Of a stretch of DNA of 64,000 bases, positions 38,047 through 44,603 are shown in pieces. This stretch comes from an uncultured Phycisphaeraceae bacterium. GTDB taxonomy: Bacteria; Planctomycetota; Phycisphaerae; UBA1845. Positions within the stretch are counted from its first letter, which is position 1, and each line of letters begins with the position of its first letter. The notes below the pieces were generated by a model. It was not told where the DNA came from. It was given only the letters and a program-made list of their open reading frames with translations, and made no database searches. The translations under genes were made by a program, and so were the position numbers. The stretch is taken from positions 762-64,761 of the forward strand of contig CAZYLK010000001.1 in the NCBI GenBank assembly GCA_964648365.1. Reading direction: 5' to 3'.

Positions 38047-38880
38047 ATGAGAAACTGGGTTAAGTCGTGCGCGGCCCTCGTGGTGGCCGCGGGTCTGGTT
38101 CAGGTCGCGCTGGCCGGAGGCTCGACGCAGGTGCCCGCCGGATATCCCGGATCGGACTACGTGGGCTTCGAGTCCGTCCAGGGCCCGCAGGCGTCGGGCT
38201 GTCTTGAACTGGACATGAACCTGGGCCGCGGGGCCTACTCGAACATCGGCGAGACGGACCGCAGCGTCGCGGTGGACATCAACAGCCAGGTCAGCGTCAA
38301 CGCGATGGGAATCGTGTACCAGTCGGGCGCCGATCACGATCTCCTCTGCATCATCCGCGAGGTGAACGGCAACGTCCGCGGGAACGAACTGGCCCGTGAG
38401 CAGATCTTCGTGCCGGCCGGCGGGGGGATGGAGTATCACGACGTGCCGATCAACTTCACCTTTCAGCCCGGCACCCGCTACGACATCGCCTTCCAGGCTG
38501 TGCCCGACTGGGGCTTCAATGTTCACAGCATGGAGCTTCTGAACTTCAACAACCCGAACCTGGACCCGAACCAGGGGTTTGACGTGGGTCCGTTCAAGGT
38601 GCTGGACGGCGGCGCCGACCGGGCGAGCGGCTACTCGAACTTTCTGATGCCTCGAGTGCAGGTCTGCGAAGGCGGCGCCGGCTGCGTCTACACGATCAAG
38701 AAGAGCGCCGGCAAGAAGGGCTGCCAGACCTGTCCGGAGCGGGGCGCGGATCTGCGTACGCAGATCGAGTGCGAGGACGTCAACGACTGCGACAAGAAGG
38801 TTAAGACCCGCCTGTCCTGCCCGGGCGGCGGGAACGGATTCTGCAAGGTGAAGGGCAAGCGCTCGTCCTGCGGCGGGTGA
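38047..38880 (+). CDS. Secreted protein of unknown function with C-terminal 8-Cys domain
   Basis: Signal peptide MRNWVKSCAALVVAAGLVQVALA. C-terminal tail CVYTIKKSAGKKGCQTCP...CDKKVK...CKVKGKRSSCGG, paralogous to the tails at 17245-17451 and 63759-63960. Confidence 0.7.
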   Translation: MRNWVKSCAALVVAAGLVQVALAGGSTQVPAGYPGSDYVGFESVQGPQASGCLELDMNLGRGAYSNIGETDRSVAVDINSQVSVNAMGIVYQSGADHDLLCIIREVNGNVRGNELAREQIFVPAGGGMEYHDVPINFTFQPGTRYDIAFQAVPDWGFNVHSMELLNFNNPNLDPNQGFDVGPFKVLDGGADRASGYSNFLMPRVQVCEGGAGCVYTIKKSAGKKGCQTCPERGADLRTQIECEDVNDCDKKVKTRLSCPGGGNGFCKVKGKRSSCGG

Positions 38881-39442
38881 TCCGCGACGCGGATGAGCGT
38901 GCGCGCTCACATGTTCGATGCACGCGACCGGCCCGGCGGACCACCCGTCGGGCCGGTTGGCTGTTTGCAGTTGCACGACGAGCCGGCTGGGCCGTCGGCT
39001 TACGACCCATTGCCCTGCGCGACCCGCCGCTGGTCTGGAGATCAGACGGGCCGAGCAGTCGCTCGACTTCGGTTTCGTGCACGCCGATGCGTACCGGACC
39101 GAAGTGGCCGGGGCGCAGGAACGTCTCCAAACTCACGTGTACCACCGGTCGCCTCCCCGGTCTCTGCGCGGCCGCGACCCTGCCCCTGCGATTACGAGCG
39201 GACGGTCGCCGGAACTGCCTTGTCGAGACCATCGCCGGAAACCCGCGTCCGGCATCATGGCCCCGTCAGCACGGAGGCTCCAGGTCGCCGTGATAATCGC
39301 ACCGCCGACGGTGTAATTGACGGAATCGGTCGAATGCCGCATAACCCCGGCATCAGGTCGCGCCGGGGGGCGGTCAACCCGGCGGCGGCTCGTGTCGCGG
39401 GGCCACCGTCTGGTGGCCTCCATCCCGAAAGGCGGTCGGACC

Positions 39443-40201
39443 ATGATTCTCGGCAAGTTCTGGCATGTGGTGATGGCGCAGATCAACAAACTGGCCAACA
39501 TTTTCTGGACGGCCGATCCCATCGCTCAGATGCAATACGAGTACGACCAGGCAGTCGCCCAGATGAAGGAAGGCCGCGAGGGATTAGAGCAGTACCGCGC
39601 CCTGGTGGAACGGGTCAGCCGTCAGGTCGCGACGACGAAGCGGCACGTCGCCAACCTGGAGGCCAAGGTCAAAGCCTACCTGCAAGCCGGCGATCGCGAG
39701 ACGGCCGCCAAGTTCGCGCTGGAACTTCAGAAGGCCCGGGCGGAACTCGTCGAGAACGAAGAGCAGCTCACGCTGCACGAGACGGCCTACAACAACAACC
39801 TGACCAAGATCAAGCACGCTACCGGCAAGCTGGCCAAGGTACGTGAGAAGATCCAGAAGTACGACGCCGAACTGAAGATGAGCAAGGCCGAGGGTGAGAT
39901 GGCCAAGCTGGCTCAGTCGTTCAACTTCGACGTGACGACGGACTTCGGCGCCATCGAATCGGTCATTCAGGACAAGATCAGCCTCAACCGGGCCAAGGCG
40001 CGGGTCGCATCGGATCTTTCCAGCGAAGGCATTGTGGACGTGCAGCGCGAGCAGGCGATGGAACAGGCCATGGCCGATCAGGCCCTGCGCGAGTTCGAGA
40101 TGGACCTCGGGCTGGTGACGCCGGAGACGTCGTCTGTTGCCGATGAGACAAAGCAGCTTGGACCGGCCGTGACCGAGGCGAATACGCAGACGCAGGGGTG
40201 A
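39443..40201 (+). CDS. pspA: PspA/IM30 (Vipp1) family protein
   Basis: 252 aa, MILGKFWHVVMAQINKLANIFWTADPIAQMQYEYDQAV... with long coiled coil typical of PspA/IM30. The start was set to ATG 39443. Confidence 0.85.
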   Translation: MILGKFWHVVMAQINKLANIFWTADPIAQMQYEYDQAVAQMKEGREGLEQYRALVERVSRQVATTKRHVANLEAKVKAYLQAGDRETAAKFALELQKARAELVENEEQLTLHETAYNNNLTKIKHATGKLAKVREKIQKYDAELKMSKAEGEMAKLAQSFNFDVTTDFGAIESVIQDKISLNRAKARVASDLSSEGIVDVQREQAMEQAMADQALREFEMDLGLVTPETSSVADETKQLGPAVTEANTQTQG

Positions 40202-40560
40202 GGAAGAAGGGAGTAAGGGAGTGAGGGAGTAAGGGAGTAAGGGAAGAGGAACGATGCAACATTGTTCTACATCGCGCGGTTCTGCCGGCTCGCGAATCGC
40301 TTCCCCATCGCACCTGAAACAGCGTGCGCGATCACGCGCCAGCGCCGAGCCGCGGGCTTCAGCCCGCGCGATCCCCCCGGAAGTGAAGCGGCTACGAATC
40401 GCGCACTGTGATTTAGAAGAAGGCACCTCGGAAAAAGGACTGAGTCGGATGCGGAAACGTCGGGATGTCAGATTCGACGTGCCATCCGCTCTTCCCTTAC
40501 TCCCTCACTCCCTTACTCCCTCACTCCCTTCTTCGGGAACTCCCTCACTCCCTCCTTCCG
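40201..40560. repeat. Intergenic repeat complex: family A array forward (about 40209-40250), H4 hairpin (40347-40371), family A array reverse complement (40490-40560)
   Basis: The forward array reads gggagtaagggagtgagggagtaagggagtaagggaag. The hairpin reads gagccgcgggcttcagcccgcgcga. The reverse array reads cttcccttactccctcactcccttactccctcactcccttcttcgggaactccctcactccctccttcc. Confidence 0.9.
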
Positions 40561-40571
40561 AGGAGTCCTAA

Positions 40572-42473
40572 GTGGAACGCTCTACGACGCCGGTCGCACC
40601 CAGCACGCTGCCCGACTGGTATCCCGCCTGGGCGCGGGAGCTGGCGAATCTTTATTTCTCCGGCACGACCTGCGTCTTTCTGCTGCACGGCAATGTACAC
40701 GATCTGGTTCGGGTCGAGGCCGGCGGGCGCATTGAGCATACGAACGTACTCGATTTTCTCGCGTCGCAGATCTTCGGCTCTTGGGACGTGGTGCTGCAAT
40801 ACGACCTGGCGGCCGGCACGCGGCCCAAGGCCGGCAGCGACCAGAAGCGCCTCCGAGATATGGTTGCGTATCTGACTGCCCGGCTGGGCGACATGGGGCA
40901 GTGGACGCGCGAAGCGGGCAAAAACCTGCTGCTCTTTGACAAGCTGCTGGAACGCAACCTGGTCGAAGACAAGCCGGCCGAGCGGCGCAGCATCGCGCTG
41001 CTGTTCGATTACGCCCAATATCTGGTTCCGGCGGGGGGGGCCGGGATGATGAGCGCCGCGGCCGGGGCAAACCTCGTGCGGCTGCTGAGTTGGGCGCAAA
41101 GTCCCTACCTGAAGAAGGTCAACGTCGCCATCTGCCTGGTGGCCGACAAACTGGCCGAGATCAACGATCGGCTCGTGCAAAGCCCGCACGTGGCGACGGT
41201 CGAGATTCCGATGCCCGATACCGAGGCGCGGCGGCGGTTTATCGAGTCGGAGCACGTCGAGATCGCCGCCGGGCGATGCGGATTGTGCGGAGCGACCGCC
41301 GAAGGCAGCGGTCCAGACCGCGCGGCAGAGGGCGGCGCCGCCGCCGGGGGGGGCGGTGCGGAGGCCGCCGGGCGTCACGCTGGCGATCACGGTCAGGGCG
41401 GCCATGACCATGACGGCCACGACGCCGCGGAACTGGCCGAAATGTCGAACGGCCTCAGCCTGATAAACCTGAACGTGATCCTCTCCCGCGCACGTCAGAA
41501 GGGTGGCCCGATCGACGCGTCCGGCTTCCGCCGGGCCAAGAAGGATCTGATCGAGCGGCAATGCGAGGGGCTGCTCGAGTTCATCACGCCCAAGCACACG
41601 CTGGACATGGTGGTCGGGCTGGAGGCCGCCAAGAGCCGGCTGCGGGCCGATGGCGACCTGCTGACCCGCGGCCACCTCGACGCCGCCCCCATGGGATACC
41701 TGGTCAGCGGACCGGTCGGCACCGGCAAGACGTTTCTGGCTGAGTGCTACGCCGGCTCGATCGGCGTGCCGTGCGTCAAGCTGCGGAACTTCCGCTCCAA
41801 GTACGTGGGCGAAACCGAAGGGAATCTCGAGCACGTGCTGACCGTGCTGCGGTCGCTGGGTCCGGTGGTGGTCATCATCGACGAGGCGGACGCGGCCCTC
41901 GGTGATCGCGATAACTCCGGCGATTCCGGCACGTCGAGCCGCGTCTTCTCGATGATCGCCAGCCAGATGGGCGACACGCGCTACCGCGGACGGATCGTGT
42001 GGATGTTGCTGACCTGCCGACCCGACCTGCTGCCGATCGACCTGAAGCGCCAGGGGCGGGCGGAGGTTCACATTCCGCTGTTCTATCCGCAGAGCGACGC
42101 AGAACTGGCGGAAATGATCCAGGTCATGGCCCGCAAGAACCGCATCGGGTTCGAACGGCCCATCGAAGCCGCGGCCATGCCCCACCGCGAGATGAGCGGG
42201 GCGGACATCGAGAGCGTGCTGGTGCTGGCGCGGCGGTGTGCACTGACCGACGGCCGCGAGAAAGTTCGGCCGGAAGACGTGGAGGCGGCCCTGGCGGATT
42301 TCATCCCGTCGGTGCAGGGGCTGGAAAAGGAGATGCAGGAACTCGCGGCCGTGCTGGAGTGTACGCAACTGAGTTTCCTGACGCCGGCCTGGCGTGAGAA
42401 GGTGGAAAAACCAGACGGCCGCACCCGCTTGCAGGAGCGGATGGTCGCGATCCGACAGTTGATTGAGCAGTGA
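40572..42473 (+). CDS. AAA+ ATPase, classical clade C-terminal module with large N-terminal region (possibly a degenerate AAA-like domain)
   Basis: The GTG start is preceded by AGGAG. Walker A GPVGTGKTF, Walker B VVIIDEAD, and SRH-like TCRPDLLPIDLKRQGRAEVHIPLFYP. There is an internal Gly/His/Asp-rich insertion. Confidence 0.8.
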   Translation: MERSTTPVAPSTLPDWYPAWARELANLYFSGTTCVFLLHGNVHDLVRVEAGGRIEHTNVLDFLASQIFGSWDVVLQYDLAAGTRPKAGSDQKRLRDMVAYLTARLGDMGQWTREAGKNLLLFDKLLERNLVEDKPAERRSIALLFDYAQYLVPAGGAGMMSAAAGANLVRLLSWAQSPYLKKVNVAICLVADKLAEINDRLVQSPHVATVEIPMPDTEARRRFIESEHVEIAAGRCGLCGATAEGSGPDRAAEGGAAAGGGGAEAAGRHAGDHGQGGHDHDGHDAAELAEMSNGLSLINLNVILSRARQKGGPIDASGFRRAKKDLIERQCEGLLEFITPKHTLDMVVGLEAAKSRLRADGDLLTRGHLDAAPMGYLVSGPVGTGKTFLAECYAGSIGVPCVKLRNFRSKYVGETEGNLEHVLTVLRSLGPVVVIIDEADAALGDRDNSGDSGTSSRVFSMIASQMGDTRYRGRIVWMLLTCRPDLLPIDLKRQGRAEVHIPLFYPQSDAELAEMIQVMARKNRIGFERPIEAAAMPHREMSGADIESVLVLARRCALTDGREKVRPEDVEAALADFIPSVQGLEKEMQELAAVLECTQLSFLTPAWREKVEKPDGRTRLQERMVAIRQLIEQ

Positions 42474-42489
42474 TCTGGTGTGGCACCAT

Positions 42490-42512
42490 GTGGCACCGGT
42501 TTTCAACCGGTG
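42490..42512. repeat. H1 hairpin just downstream of AAA ATPase stop
   Basis: gtggcaccggttttcaaccggtg, preceded by a partial gtggcacc. Confidence 0.9.
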
Positions 42513-42693
42513 AGCTCTGGAGCCGGTCTGAGGCCGGCGCCACGCGATCAGCACCGTCCGCGCCGGGCGGATCGGGGAGCGGCCGCACCGGAGTACCTGG
42601 TTCGGCGCAGCCAGCACAGTGATCCCAGCGACGACCGCGTCCGGTCGCCGCGGCCGAAATATCGACCGACTCGAAACACGAAGGATTTTTCGC

Positions 42694-43290
42694 ATGGCCA
42701 GAAAGAAAAAAGTCGCGAAAAAGAAGGCAAGCAAGAAGCGAGCCGCCGGTGGCTCCGGGAAGAAGGCCGCCAGGCGCCCGGCCGCAAAGAAGCGCGGCTC
42801 TGCGAAGAAGAAAGGCGCCGCCCGGAAAACTGCCGGCAGCGGCAAGAAGGCAGCCGGCAAGAAGAAGAGCACGGGCAAAAAGGCCGCCGCGCGGGGGACG
42901 GCCGGCGCTGGCGGGAAGAAGTCGAAGCGCGGCGCGAAGCCCGCATCTCGAAAGGGAACATCCACGCGGCGGGCGGCTGCTCCCGGCCGCAGCTTCCACG
43001 ACCGCCCGTCAAGCTGGCTCGACGCCAACGCGGACGTGCCCGTGATCGAACAGGCGGCCCGAACCATGACGACGTTCATGGAGGCGATGGCCGACGGCGT
43101 CATCGACGATGGCGAAGTGCAGGCGCAGGAGCGGCGGCTGGTGGCGCTGATGAAGGAGATCGAGCCGCAACTTGACGACGAACTGCACGCATCGGTCACG
43201 AAACTGCTGGCCGAACTGACCGCGTACGACCTGATGCAGGTGCTGTGCGCCATGCACAAGGCCCGCGGTCAGACGACGTTTCAGGGGTGA
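42694..43290 (+). CDS. Histone H1-like Lys/Ala/Gly-rich protein with helical acidic C-terminal domain
   Basis: MARKKKVAKKKASKKRAAGGSGKKAARRPAAKKRG... continues for about 110 aa. Next comes EAMADGVIDDGEVQAQERRLVALMKEIEPQLDDEL, a TerB-like ADG..D..E pattern that is tentative. Confidence 0.65.
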   Translation: MARKKKVAKKKASKKRAAGGSGKKAARRPAAKKRGSAKKKGAARKTAGSGKKAAGKKKSTGKKAAARGTAGAGGKKSKRGAKPASRKGTSTRRAAAPGRSFHDRPSSWLDANADVPVIEQAARTMTTFMEAMADGVIDDGEVQAQERRLVALMKEIEPQLDDELHASVTKLLAELTAYDLMQVLCAMHKARGQTTFQG

Positions 43291-43472
43291 CGTGGGGCGG
43301 TGGCCGCGGTCGCGCGGGTTTGGCGCTGCCTGCTTCGGAAGGGCTCTGTGCGGCCGTCGGTGCAGCGCCATCCTTCCCCAGAGATGGGCGCCGCGGAGTG
43401 CCAGGAGGCGAGCGAAGGAGCAGACCGGGCGACGCGCCTGCCGTCGACTCGCGAGGACAGGAGGTGACTTGA

Positions 43473-44279
43473 ATGAGGTCGGCGACCGGACAATCTCGAC
43501 AACTCGCACGGCTGTGTTCGCTGGGCGTCGTCTCGATCGCGGCGCTCATCATGTTCTTTCCAAGTTGCGACCGTGACTCGTCGTCATCGACCGGAGGTCG
43601 GTCCCCGTCGCGCCAGTCGGGCAAGCGCGTCAGCGCCGGCCCAATCGACCTGCCCCAGGCGGACCAGCGGCTGTGCACGGGTGTCGTGCTGCTGGTGGAC
43701 ACGTCGGGCAGCATGAACCAGAAGGTGCGCGATCGCGGCGGCGCGGAACAGCCCAAGCACGTGATCGCTCGAGCGGCGATCGACCGGATCGTGGCGTATA
43801 CCGATCAGTGGCAAACGCAGCATCCCGACCGCGTGCTGCACCTCGGCGTGCTCAATTTCAGCAGCTCCGCCCATACGGTCATGCCGCTGGCGGCGTTTGA
43901 CGCTGCCACGGCCGCGGAGGCCGCGACGCGCATACCGGCGCCGGGCGGAGGAACCGCCATCGGCTCAGCCCTGCAGGAAGGCTTCAAGGCGCTCTATGCC
44001 TCCGGCTGCGTGCGGAAGTACGTCGTCTGCATCACCGACGGCGAGAACACGTCCGGCCCGCCGCCCGACCGGGTCGCCCGCGCGCTGCACGGCCAGACGG
44101 AAGGCGACGTCGAGATCCACTTTGTTGCATTCGACACGTCGCCCGCTAAGTTCGCATTCCTGTCGAAGGTCAACGGCTACGTCGTCGAGGCGGCGGACGG
44201 GGCGCAGCTCGACGCGCGGCTGGCCGATATCTATGAGAAACGGATCCTGGCGGAGGCGATGACGCTCGAAAAGGAATAG
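43473..44279 (+). CDS. von Willebrand factor A (vWA) domain lipoprotein
   Basis: RBS AGGAGGTG. Lipobox-like MFFPSC. MIDAS motif LVDTSGSM. GGGTAIGSAL and ITDGENTSG segments. Confidence 0.85.
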   Translation: MRSATGQSRQLARLCSLGVVSIAALIMFFPSCDRDSSSSTGGRSPSRQSGKRVSAGPIDLPQADQRLCTGVVLLVDTSGSMNQKVRDRGGAEQPKHVIARAAIDRIVAYTDQWQTQHPDRVLHLGVLNFSSSAHTVMPLAAFDAATAAEAATRIPAPGGGTAIGSALQEGFKALYASGCVRKYVVCITDGENTSGPPPDRVARALHGQTEGDVEIHFVAFDTSPAKFAFLSKVNGYVVEAADGAQLDARLADIYEKRILAEAMTLEKE

Positions 44280-44563
44280 CGAATGTCGAATAGCGAATAA
44301 CGAATGAAGCTCGCGCCGGTGCAGCGATCCTTCAGAACGGGGAGCGTAAACGACCGGCTGCGGAGGAATGTCGAATGTCGAATGAAGAGCAAATCGGAGC
44401 GGAGCGGCGCTATCCGGGCCGGAGCCGGAGACCACTGACAGAGGAAATGGGGATCGAGAATGGAGCCGTCTGACGCTGGAGCAGCATGTTCGTCTTCTCT
44501 GCATTCGACATTCGACATTCGCCATTCGACATTGAACCTTAGCCATTCGCCATTCGACATTCC
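44275..44563. repeat. Family B octamer arrays: forward 44275-44309 and 44366-44387, reverse complement 44502-44562
   Basis: The forward arrays read aatagcgaatgtcgaatagcgaataacgaatgaag and gaatgtcgaatgtcgaatgaag. The reverse array reads cattcgacattcgacattcgccattcgacatt..agccattcgccattcgacattcc. The vWA stop TAG (44277-44279) lies in the first unit. Confidence 0.9.
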
Positions 44564-44603
44564 CAACGCTGGTAGCGTTGGATAGTTAGACAGGAGATAC
44601 ACT

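Noticed and set aside
38881-39442. About 560 nt without a convincing gene; fragments on the minus strand (..VVHVSLETFLRPGHFGPVRIGVHETEVERLLGPSD.. in ORF 38801..39232 and ..SVNYTVGGAIITATWSLRADG.. in ORF 39133..39522) hint at a decayed gene
   Set aside because: The protein-like stretches are short, lie in different frames and are surrounded by R/P-rich nonsense. I cannot support a CDS or a pseudogene call without a similarity search.
40545-43259. 904-aa ORF on the minus strand
   Set aside because: It is antisense to the AAA ATPase and H1-like genes, both of which have clear motifs. Its translation is R/A/P/G-rich with no recognisable motif. This is a typical high-GC shadow ORF.
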